Assembly: GCA_043228905.1 (NCBI GenBank) | Contig: JBHGNT010000017.1 | Coordinates: forward strand, 17,670,001-17,734,000 | Direction: 5' to 3' | From: Azolla caroliniana | Lineage: Eukaryota > Plantae > Polypodiophyta | Length of the DNA: 64,000 bases | Part shown: positions 52,336 through 64,000 of the stretch, in pieces | How the letters are laid out: the number at the start of each line of letters is the position of its first letter | Numbering within the stretch: position 1 is the first letter of the stretch | Made by a program: the position numbers and the translations under genes | The notes under the pieces: generated by a model | Told to the model about the DNA's origin: nothing | The model's input: only the letters and a program-made list of their open reading frames with translations | Database searches by the model: none

Positions 52336-55300
52336 TTATAAATTACCATTGGAAATGTCTACAAATCTCCTATAAACAACTAAGCTCTTGCTAGTCAGTG
52401 GAACGAGTCTACATATATTATCCGCATATCGAGCTCGGTATGGAGTCCACAACCATGCACCTAGTTGGCAGCTCACTGTTTGCACCGGGTACTGTTCAGG
52501 CATTTCCTCGGGTAGAATGAGACAACATCTTCGAATATTGAAGTAGTGTCGGAAATGTTCTGTATCCAAAATCAATGTGTTGTCGGCATTATATTCAGGT
52601 CAAGTAGCCCAAAAATTAGAAAGTCTCTTGAATCTTGCAGCTTCCATTTGCTCACAATTTTCTCGTGCCCATTGACCTTTAAAATGACTTCGCCATTTGG
52701 GGAAGAATCTTGCTAAACACTTCCACACATCTGATTTTGGTTTTTCACTCCAAATAAACAAGTCAAAGTATTGCACAACCCACTCTAGAGACTGATTCGC
52801 GTCCCTCCTTGGCTGCATATATCTCACACTCATCAAGACTTTATCAAGCTCCAAGATCAAGGCTCTTCTTTCGACTTCTAGTGGTTCCTTTTCCTCTTCA
52901 AACCCCTAGTTGACTGTGTTGGGCCTGGCTTCACATTCTGGTGCTCTTGTTTTGTCGACTTAGTTATCAATCCTTGGATTACCTCGATGCATGTGGCTAC
53001 TGATCTGCTCTATATCAGTCCACTGGTATCACATGCTGCATCTACCTGCAACATCAAGTCATCCGTGCAACATGCTTGATCAACTTGTGTGACCAGATCA
53101 CTTGTGTTAGTTGCTACATCTACTTTCAAGATGGGGCCCTTTAAACACGCATCAACATCAACAGTATCCACACTGCCATTGGCCTTACGAGCAATAGAAT
53201 CAAACCCTTTAGACTCTGCAACATCATAAAACACCAACATATTCACACTCACAAAGTAACTAACAGTCTCACAAAACAACATCCTGAACATCAAAGAGTT
53301 TCAGTCATAGAACAACACTCTTCAAATTATCTTGGAAAAACATCATAGAGTTCCATTACATAATGTGGATCAAGCAACAACCAATCTGAGGTTTTACTTG
53401 TCCAACAAGATAGTAAAACTTCCTAAAACCCTAGCAAAATCCCTAAGCTAACAATCATATCCAACTAAACAATATTTCGCTCCACTACGTCTGGGCCCCT
53501 TGACCGAGTAACTGGTCTTGTTCCCGATCGTGGCCCCTTCTTTAGCCTTTTTCTGGTTGGTTGCCCATTTAGCCTTGCTTCTTTCCCATCGCCTCAGCAG
53601 CTAATTGCACATTAGCCGTTTCTTGCGCTAGCTTTTCAAGTACAGAGGGATCTGTTTGGACATTTTTAGTAGTTGGGCTCGGTTTAGTGGAATCAAGGTC
53701 TTGAGATTCGAAGAAATGTTGCATCAAGTGTTCATAAACACTGTTGTTGTGAACCTCAGTTTTACATGTTGTTTCCACTATTTCATGGCATTTCACATTG
53801 TTGCCTAATTCAGTACACTATTCCAAAAGAATAGGGTGGAGTCGATCTAAAGGAGATGTGATAGCAGGACTCTTACTTTCAGCCACGTTGGCAGCAGTAT
53901 CCTCCTCTTTTGCAGCGTCATTAGCACCAGACACATCATGTGCCGTCCTTAATCCATAAGATTCTACAATAACATGGCAGCTATTTAGGATAGCTAATTA
54001 ACTACTTTACTAAACTATGGTAGTAGCTAGGATAGCTAATTAGCTACTTTACTCAACTATGGTAGTAGCTAGGATAGTTAATTAGCTACTTTACTAAGTA
54101 TTAGTAGCTAGGATAGCTAATTAGCTACTATGGTAGCTAATTAGCTACTCTACTCAACTATGGTAGTAGCTAGGATAGCTAATTAGCTACTTTACTCAAC
54201 TATGGTAGTAGCTAGGATAGCTAATTAGCTACTATGGTAGCTAATTAGCTACTTTACTCAACTATGGTAGTAGTTAGGAGAGCTAATTAGCTACTTTACT
54301 CAACTATGGTAGTAGCTAGGATAGCTAATTAGCTACTTTACTCAACTATGGTAGTAGCTAGGATAGCTAATTAGCTACTTTTCTCAACTATGGTAATAGC
54401 TAGGATAGCTAATTAGCTACTTTACACAACTATGGCAGTAGCTAATTAGCTAGTAGGATAGCTAATTAGCTAGTAGGATAGTTAATTAGCTAGTAGGATA
54501 GCTAATTAGCTACAATGATAGCTAATTAGCTACTTTCTCAACTATGTAGTAGCTAGGATAGCTTATTAGCTACTAGGTAGCTAATTAGCTACTAGGATAG
54601 CTTATTAGCTACTTTACACAACTATGGCAGTAGCTAATTAGCTACTAGGATAGCTTATTAGCTACTTTACACAACTATGGCAGTAGCTAATTAGCTACTA
54701 GGATAGCTTATTAGCTACTTTACACAACTATGGCAGTAGCTAATTAGCTACTAGGATAGCTTATTAGCTACTTTACACAACTATGGCAGTAGCTAATTAG
54801 CTAGTAGGATAGCTATTTAGCTTTTTTACACAACTATGGTACTAGCTAATTAGCTATGAGTAGCTAATTAGCTAGTAGGATAGCTAATTAGCTACTTTAC
54901 ACAACTATGGTACTAGCTAATTAGCTAGCTAGTAGCTAATTAGCTAGCTAGTAGCTAACTAGCTGCCACTAGGATAGCTAATTAGCTAGTAGCTAACTAG
55001 TTGCCAGTAGCTAATTAGCTGCCACTAGGATAGCTAATTAGCTAGTAGCTAACTAGTTGCCAGTAGCTAATTAGCTGCCACTAGGATAGCTAATTAGCTA
55101 GTAGCTAACTAGCTGCCACTTAGCTAATTAACTATTATAGTAAACTATGGCAATAGCTAATTAGCTAATAGGATAACTATTAGCTGCTTTAATAAACTAT
55201 GGTAGTAGCTAATTAGCTACAACGATAGCAGCAAAATAGTTTCCATACTTTTTACGGCTTAGCTAATTAGAAAAGACTAAGCTTATTAGCTATAATATGG

Positions 55301-55660
55301 TATACATGTTAGTTTTCTCCACTCATTTGGTAGAGTTGTACTGCAATCTCCGAAACAGAATGGAGCAATTCGACAGGCATATTGAAAACAAAGCAGATGG
55401 TATGTGTGGTTGCATGGTTGTAGGTGAACCAACAAAGACGAAGTTTTGTCCTCCATACCTAACCTACAAGCGATGCAACGTGCTTGAATTGTCAATAAAT
55501 CATTTTCTAGTTCTCCTTCATTTGGTAAGGGAGCAAGAATGTTATGGTCCAAATCCTGTCTGGTCCTTACCATTCCCTCCACAAAATGTAGCTGCTTCTT
55601 AAGGCAGCTAACTACCTGTTCTTGATGAATGTATTTACATGGTCTATAAAATATTCTCAT
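52336..55660 (-). pseudogene. Degraded spliced gene: N-terminal RING-H2-like finger, low-complexity middle, C-terminal FCP1/NIF-like HAD domain
   Basis: CIAC..PCNHTYHLLC..C.GDC (55286-55660); putative intron 55305-53964 puts the next exon in frame with ORF 53569-53796; RRALILELDKVL..YFDLFIWS..FKRLSNFWAT*PEYNADNTLILD (52336-52870). Confidence 0.55.
53978..55292. repeat. Intronic TAGCTAATTAGCTA palindrome array with higher-order 42-bp and 53-bp units
   Basis: 42-bp period at 54289/54331; 53-bp period at 54608/54661/54714/54767. Confidence 0.95.
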
Positions 55661-56864
55661 GGTTCTTAATCACCACTTCAAGCTCTTAATATTGATCTTC
55701 ATAGTTTGGTTCATCTACATTAGAGAAACATTTATGTGGAACTAAGGATGACAACACGAGCATAACTCAGGTGACAAGGAAACTTGCAAGAACTCAAGGT
55801 GGGGATATTAATAGCTACACATGTAGATGGTCATGACCTAGGGCACCAATTCTGCATTGGTAAAGTTTTGGACGTGGTGATGCATTAAAATTTTGTAATA
55901 CATCTATCATTGACATTAGTGAGGTGGATATCATTGTGTATGACTTTACACTTACATAAGTTGGATGTTTAAGGACGACAACGATAGACATAATACAAGA
56001 GATATTACCAAGACTAGAAGATATCTCAAATTGAAGGCGAACAAGATTTAGGGCACACAATTTGGAGACACTATTTGGTGAAGACAATTATTTGATTGGT
56101 ACATTTGAAAATGAGGAGGAAGAGTCACAATTGTATATTAGCTACAATACTGATTCTCATGAAAGGAATGATGATAGTGATGCAAATAACTCCTAAATGT
56201 ATTTTTTGCACAACAATATGTCAAAAGTTTAGACAATATTTTATTGAATGAAATAAAAAAGTTGATTGTTTTGAAATCTTTCGCTTATTATTTCGTTAGG
56301 ATCTAAAATACTACTAGTTGTAATTTCTCTTGAAAAATACACAAAGTTACTTTTTCGTATTTGCCCAAATTTCGGCATTTTTCAATTTCACCAAATGGTG
56401 AAAATTTTAGCTTTTTCATCAAGTTTTTGAGAACATGTGATACTGGTACATCAAGATGTTTTGTGAAATGGCCAAAAAAGCCCCAAAATCAGACGGAATA
56501 TTCCTTATCCTTCCATTTGTGCACGATCCTTCCATTTGTGAATGCGAACGTACAAATTGGTTATATATCATGTCATGCGTTGTTAGTGTGGTTTTGGTTG
56601 GCATAAACATAACGAATGTTATCAATCAATTGACAAGTACCCATTTTGAGTCATGATCTCTTCTTGTTCAAGGCTAGTTGATAATATATCCTTTATTATT
56701 ATGAATACCTATGGGATGTAGAAGACTTCTAGCTTTATATCACTCAACCTTATTCACCTAGCATTGCATAATTTTTGGACATTAGAATGAGTGTCTGACA
56801 TATTCCAAGGTGCCAAACTAAAGGTGTATCTTCTCTCTCTCTCTCTCTCTCTCTCTAGGTGTAT

Positions 56865-58750
56865 TAGAGAGACCTTTGGTGACGATGTTATCACGTCAAC
56901 TCCGAAGCAAATCGATAGTACCACATGACATTATTAGAGGAGAGTTCAGTTTGCCCCCGATGTTAGTGGAAGCACTTTTCCAAGTGGTAGTTTTTATTCA
57001 TCGGATAAATAGCCAACCACAAGATAGGATATCTCGTCGAGCTTTTGAGGCAATCCCGATCCCAATCTGAGTCCGGAGATACTAGCTCTTGGTATAGCAC
57101 TGTAGTGAGTTTTTTACTTGCGAATGGTATAGACATCAATAACCTACCTCCCCTTATGTACAACCAGGGGGTTGATCAAACTTTAATCTCTCATGAAAAC
57201 CGCAATAAAGTAATATGCCAACAAATATGGAAAATTTACACCCGATTTAAATGGGTAACCCCACGAGAGCCATTCCCATCTAAAATGTTGTACTATACGG
57301 AACACTTCTTGCATTTCTCTAAGTTAGGTTTTATTACACGACCAAAATATCTAGATACATTCTTATCAAACGCACTAAGGGTGGCCATTGGACAACTTAG
57401 GATATCATCTCACCAACTTGAGATTGAGAATGGTCGTGCGAATAGAGTTCCTAAAGAGGACAGGCTATGTAGGTTATGTCACATAGAGATAGAGGATGAG
57501 TATCACTTTACATGCAAGTGTCCAACTTAGACCTAGATAAGGGCGAAATACCAAGACATACTAGGACCCTCTCCCAACCTCTCCAAACTATTAGATACCC
57601 CGAATATAAAGAGACTAGGTAGGTATATCTTAGAGCTAAACCAACATTGGGAGATTAAATTACACAGTGTTAACCATAACCCTTTTAGTATTCACCAACA
57701 TGTAACTAATGTAATTTTTTAGGAACAAGGGGAGATGATCAATGTGGACACACCTACACCACTCGGCCTCTCTCTTGATCAAGCACAAATGCAAAGCACA
57801 ACCAAACACCCTGGGATGTTGGGCTTCAAAGTTCCTCGATGTGGAGTAGAAACCATAGTTCTAGCCATACGTCCCATTTGTGCCATACTCGTACGCCAAT
57901 ATTCGTATCATACTCATACGTGAAAAGGCTCTGAGTATGATGGAAATCCATACGTGGTACATAGATATAATCATATATATACATACGGTGTACATACTAT
58001 ATACTTTGTGTGTGTGTGTGTGTGTGTGTGGTCTAGAGAGAGAAGCCCTGTTTTGCATGTGTGAGGAGATAATGGTTGAGTGTATGTCTAGAGAGAGGGA
58101 GAGGGAGAGAGCGTGTGTGGTCTAGAGAGAGAAGCCCTATTTTGCATGTGTGAGGAGACAGTGGTTGAGTTTATGTCCAGAGAGAGAGAGAGGAGCTAAG
58201 GGTTTTCTTTGTGTGAGGGAGAGAGAAGCTCTGTTAGTCCTTCAATGTGTATATTGGATTCTATAGAGAGAGAAGATCTGTCAGTTCTCGTGTGAGAGAG
58301 ACAAGGGGTGTGTGTGTTGTGTGTCAGACGTCACTTCTGTTCGCAATGAATTATGAATATCTGAAAAAAAAGAATTTAAAAAGAACAAAAGTAAAAAATA
58401 AATCCAAACGAATGTCATGTATCATACGCACACGTATGCAAATGTTCGCATATGTCCACCAAATAGGACGTACACGAATATTAGGAACTATGGTAGAAAC
58501 GATTAAGAAGATACGGGAACGTGAGCTACCTCGCCTAGAAGCTATGGTTAGGGTACCTTTTACATTGGGGCCACGGGCCACATCCACATCGAAACCCTTT
58601 GACCTCCCGCTTCTTTTCAAGAGACTTGGATGGAAATGAAACTTGGCCTAGCCATTTCCTTATGGAACATGTTTTTTTTACTAGAACTGTTTAGCTTAAG
58701 CTCTACTTTATGTTATTTTATTTTATTTTTACTTTCGATGAATGGGTAAA
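56865..58750 (+). mobile_element. 5'-truncated LINE copy (ORF2 C-terminus + 3' UTR) containing a MITE
   Basis: LERPLVTMLSRQ..CRLCHIEIEDEYHFTCKC; begins just after (TC)n. Confidence 0.85.
57854..58492. mobile_element. hAT-like MITE, 639 bp, perfect 8-bp TSD GTAGAAAC
   Basis: GTAGAAAC at 57846-57853 and 58493-58500; CATAGTTC/GAACTATG TIRs; a second, partial copy starts at 58854. Confidence 0.85.
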
Positions 58751-59004
58751 TACCTACACCACTCGGCCTCTCTCTTGATGAAGCACAAATGCAAAGAACA
58801 ACCAAACACCCTGGGATGTTGCGCTTCAAAGTTCCTCGACGTGGAGTAGAAACCATAGTTCTAGGCATACGTCCCATTCGTGCCATGCTCACACACCAAT
58901 ATATGTATCATACTCATACGTGAAAAGGCTCTGAGTATGATGGAAAGCCATACGCGGTACATAGATATAATCATATATATACATACGGTGTACATACTAT
59001 ATAT

Positions 59005-59094
<90 letters not shown>

Positions 59095-59274
59095 TGTGTG
59101 TGTGTGTGTGTGTGTGTGTGGTCTAGAGAGAGAAGCTCTGTTTTGCATGTTTGAGGAGACAGTGGTTGAGTGTATGTCTAGAGTGAGAGAGAGGGAGAGA
59201 GCGTGTGTGGTCTAGAGAGAAGCCCTGTTTTGCATGTGGGAGGAGATAGTGGTTGTGTTAGAGAGATAGTTTAA

Positions 59275-62200
59275 TGTAAGCATTAGACAAGGATAGAAAA
59301 TAGATAAATAGATAGAAAGGAGAGAGAGAAAGAAGGGTGTTGATCCACCCGACCACCCCTAAGCGAAGGGATCGAGAAGGACTCGAGCCTCGATCGGCGT
59401 CCCATACCATCGTCGTGGCGTCAAGTCGTACCTGGTGCTGGCGCGCTCGCTACTAGAGTTGACCCACCGCAAGACAGAGTCTCGATGTAGTCAACCCGAT
59501 GATCAAATGAGGGTAGCTAGGACTCTTATTTATAGCGATACCCAAGGACCCCAGCCATGTTCACAGTTGGCCTAATGGGTTGTCTCAATCCGGAGGATTT
59601 AAAAGTAATCCTCCCCTTCTTTACACTGTCATTTAACCCTCATAGTTATCCACGTGTATAGAATACTACGGTAAATTCTCACCACGGGATATTATATGGT
59701 CATGCCCGTAACATACTCCCCCCCTCTTTAAAACATTGCAGTCTTGCAATGGAAAGTTAGGGAAGTTAGTTTTGAGAGTATTTTCGTTTTCCCATGTGGC
59801 ATCTTTTATTGATTTGTCCATCCATTTTATTTTCAATTCTCGGATTTCTTTAGTACGTAATTTTTTTGTTTTAACATCGAGAATTTTTTTTGGTACATGT
59901 GGTTTAGAAGATAATTCTTCAGAAGTAACCAGAGTTTCAGTTGTAACTGTATTACCGCCAGAACCTAGAAGTTCTTTTAGACGACGCACATGAAAAACTG
60001 GATGAATTTCAACACCATCGGGAAGAGCAAGACGATAGGTTGATGACCCAATGCGTCTGAGGACTGTAAAAGGTCCACAAAACCATGGGGCTAACTTAGC
60101 GCTCTTACCCGTAGACAATGTCTTAGAATTGTGAGGTACACATAAAAATACCTTCTGTCCAGGGTTGAATACACGAGGTTGCCTATTATGATCGGCATAA
60201 AAACGCACTCTATGTTGAGTTGTGTTTATATTATCTCGTGCAATATGCAACACATCTTGCATATCCCGAAGAAAGTTTTGCGTACTTCGCAACTCATCAT
60301 GATGTATATTAACATCAATCGGGGCTCATGGCCGAAAACCATACATCAACATAAAAGGACTATATCCCGTTGACATATGCTTGGAGTTGTTATAAGCAAA
60401 CTCCATAATTGGGAGATAACGTTCCCATTTTGTTGGTTTTGTACCAACATATGCTCGAAACATGTCCTGAATAATTTGATTTACTCATTCTGTTTGTCCA
60501 TCAGATTGAGGATGATCCGTGGAGCTCATGCTCAACGTAGTTTCTAACTTCTTGAAGACTTGCGTCCAGAAGTCACTAGTAACCCATAAAACTTTGAATC
60601 TCGATCACTCACAATATCCATCGGTAACCCATAAAAACGAAATAACTCGTCAACGAATTGGTAAGCCAATTCAGGAGTTGTTACCATGGTTTTAGTAGCA
60701 ATAAATCTAGCCATTTTAGTTAGTCTATCAACCACAACCTAGATGGCATCATGGCCTTTTTGGGTGCGAGGAAGGCTAACAATAAAATCCATGGATATAC
60801 TTTCCCACTTATTATTGGGAATGTCCAAGGGATGTAAAAGTCCTACGGCTTTAAGTCGCTCGGCTTTGTTAACCTAACATTGGTGACATTTAGTCACATA
60901 GTTATGTATATCAGGAGGCATCTTAGGCCAATAAAATTGAGTGGAGATGAGAACGAGTGTACGATGTATTCCAGGGTGCCCTGTTGAGGGTGCATCATGG
61001 CATTAAAAAAGAATCCTCTTTTTGACCTCGGGTAAATCTGGAACACAAACCTTCCCATTACGGTAGAGCAGACCGTTAGCAATGTGGAAGTATTCCTTCG
61101 AGGATGTGGTGGTGTCTGTTCCAGACTCAACTCTTGCCTAGTATTTTGCGAAATAACTGTCATCAGGATACTTTCCTCGAAGGTAATCATAAAGATCTGA
61201 TGTTATTTCAGTGAAGCTAAGCATGTTAACTTCACGGATGCGACTTAGTGCATCAGTGATAATGTTCATGGAACCTTTACGATATCGTATGGAAAAATCA
61301 AAGTCCTGGATGAGATCAGCCCATCGTGCCTTACGACCTTTCAGTTCTTGTTGGTCATAAAAATATTTCAAGGATTCGTGATCCGTAGAGCGATTTCCAT
61401 AAAGATAACAGCGCCATGTTTTGAGCGCATGTATAACTACAAATAATTCCTTTTCTTGAACGGTATACTGACATTGAGCAGAATCAAGTTTCTTACTCTC
61501 GAATGCTATTGGTTTGCCATCTTCATATAAGACAGTACCTATAGCCTAATCGCTTGCATCGATTTCAACCTCAAAAGGTTTTGAAGGATCAGGTAAAAGA
61601 AGTGAAGGAGCCTTGCAAACCAAGTCCTTGAGTTCCTTAAAGGCGAGGTCTAGTGTAGCATTCTAGACAATAGGTTTTGTAGACTTACGCGTTTGACCTT
61701 TTAAACGGTCAGTAAATGGCGTCGTTAATAAGGAGTAATTACGAAGGGATTTTTGCAAAAACCCGACAAAACCAAGGAATGATCGAACGTCTCGAATATT
61801 CCGAAGAGTGGGCCAAAGCTTGATTTTCTCGATGCGAGAAGGATCAATTTCAACTCCTCGTTCGGTTATGAGATGTCCAAGATAAGTAATTGATTTCTTG
61901 AAGAAATCACATTTTGAGATCTTCGCATAAAATTGTTTGTCACGCAATGTTTGTAAAACAAAGCGGACATGTTTAGCATGTTCTTGTAATGTACGGCTAT
62001 AAACTAAAATATCATCCAAGAAAATAATGACAAATTTTCCAAGTTCTCGGAAAATGTCATTCATTTCTTGTTGAAATGTAACTATAGCATTGGTCAAACC
62101 AAAAGGCATAACCAAAAACTCATAATGGCCATAGCGCGCACGAAATGCCATTTTAGGAACATTGTCCTCACTTATATGAATTTGATGGTAGCCAGTACGG

Positions 62201-64000
62201 AGATCAAGTTTCGTAAAATACCAAGCTCCTTGGAGACGGTCAATTAGATCGTCAACCCGGGGCAATGGATACGAATTCTTGATCGTCACTTTATTCAAGC
62301 GTCGGTAATTAATATACATACGCCATGTGCCCTCTTTCTTTTTAACCAAGAGAACTGGTGCATCCCATGGATATTTACTATAACGTATATAACCCATTCG
62401 TAAATAGTCCTTGAGTTGCTTTGATACCTCATCCTCTTCGGATCGACTTAAGCGATAAGGAGGTATATTTATTGGTGCAACACCAGGTACAATATCTATA
62501 CGATGGTCTATATTACGTTTAGGAGGTAACCCATCCGGTAGTTCACTTGGAAAAACATCACGAAAATCATTTAAGATTTCATCAAGTTGTTGTTGTTCAA
62601 AATATGTTAATTGAACCGAGACATTATCGATATTGTAAACGTGAATGTCTGTATCAAGTACACAATAAAATAGAGTAGAACAAGACAACTTGGATATTGA
62701 TGGACACGAGGAAACAATTGAGAGGGATTGTTTTTTGACACATTGAATAAAATGAGTACAATCGTTCAGTACAAAGGAAATGGAATGATGAACCCAATCA
62801 ATAAATAAAGAAGAGTTTTTATTATTAAACTAGGGATAACCCAGTATTACATCAGTGGTACAAAGATTCATTACATGGAAGTCTACTTCCTCTATATAAG
62901 TATCAATAGAAATTCCTAATGAATGAATCGCTCCGTTGATGTATTGTACTCTTCCATCAGCCAAGTGCACCGTATAGGTGTGATCACTTACGTTGGGTTG
63001 GATTCCCCATATCTGAACCAAACGATCATTCACAAAGTTGTGTGAGCTTCCCGAATAAAATAAAAATTGTACGGGAGATCCATTGATATACCCGTTTGCA
63101 CGTAGTAAATCATTGGGACCCAATACATAGTGAGGGAAAGAACATTGACAATTACTTAAATGATGTGTATAGACCTGAAGGACATTAGGAATTTGACCTT
63201 TATGGTCTGCAGCTTTAGCTTTGTTGTCGTGCTCTTTCCGTTGGAGCTTTCGACATTGTTCTTTTGTATGACCCTTCTTTTTCCAGAATACGCAAAAAGG
63301 ATGTTGTCGCTTAAAATCGTGATCCATGAATTCGTTGGGTGTCTTACGTTTCCCAGCGAATTGTGGTCGCTTAGTCCCGGGCGCTTCGTTGGGTTTATTG
63401 TGGTCCTTCTTCGAAGTGCGTTGATAGCGAAGAACTATTTCAACGGCCTCTTCGAAGGATTTTGGATCCTTATCGTGCACTATCCAATGATAGTCCGAAT
63501 TGGCGATGCCATTGACAAAACAAGCTATTAACCAATTGTCCCCTTCTAGACCCGATTTTTGGATTTGGGTTCTAGCATGGTGAACATAGTCTTCTAGCGA
63601 GGAAAACTTTCTACTAGAGAGGTTCATTAAAGCTTGTGCTGCCTCGGTTCGAGAGGGAGGTTGTGGAAATTGGCCCTTGAAAACTGTGACAAAATCTGTC
63701 TAGGTATCGGGCAATTTCCCCAAAGTACGGAGCCCACGCCGCCAGGCGGCGGCCTTACCCCCTAGTTCTCGGCTGACATATGCAATCTTCGTACTATCTG
63801 GCGTGGGATAGAGCTCAAAATGAGACTCCCATCGGCCCAACCACATGCAAATTGCTTCTTCGGTTCTTTCCTTTTTTTCTCCCGTAAATGGCTTAACGAC
63901 AAACGATGGTTCACCTTGTCACTCATCAAGTCCATTAGCCTCACGTTGAAACTAATGACACGTGCCTCGAGAGCACTTTGAGATTGCCGAAGTTCGGTCA
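59275..64000 (-). mobile_element. Chromovirus family A, second copy (3' LTR 59275-59713, degraded pol and gag), runs off the window
   Basis: Same LTR and same left junction as 6196; retains the PR/RT/RNaseH region (ORFs 61663-62688, 62830-63627) deleted in the first copy. Confidence 0.92.

Larger units (their letters stand above)
46774..56830. mobile_element. Putative ~10-kb DNA transposon (Sola2-like DDD transposase plus accessory genes); boundaries approximate
   Basis: Lies between a Gypsy breakpoint and the (TC)n/LINE junction; contains the transposase, a convergent gene and a shared palindromic satellite; no TIR pair found. Confidence 0.6.

Overview
Eukaryotic, transposon-dense land-plant DNA. 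It is probably from a non-seed plant such as a fern, inferred from the Tcn1-like chromoviruses, RTEX-like LINEs and Sola-like DDD transposon. The only clearly intact host gene is a 3-exon LRR receptor-like kinase (25987-30700, ~1225 aa). It joins an RLP-type ectodomain (25 LRRs + island + 4 LRRs) to a non-RD (HCD) kinase, and a broken paralog lies at 2665-3346. The rest is nested mobile DNA: two copies of an RT/RNaseH-less Copia family sharing a premature stop, a full-length chromovirus (37551-44831), two copies of a second chromovirus inside a segmental duplication (~3.35-9.1 kb vs ~56.9-64 kb), Tcn1-like Gypsy fragments, a near-full-length LINE whose copies often abut (TC)n, hAT-like MITEs and a solo LTR. 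Most novel-looking: (1) a ~10-kb DNA-transposon-like unit (46.8-56.8 kb) with a spliced Sola2-like transposase and a convergent spliced RING + FCP1/NIF-like gene, each with an intron filled by the palindrome TAGCTAATTAGCTA, plus an 82-bp upstream array; (2) a ~165-nt non-coding RNA element with a compensatory base-pair change, conserved upstream of gag in two chromovirus families; (3) the receptor's chimeric architecture and its out-of-register 240-bp LRR amplification. All calls were made by eye; no database searches were run.
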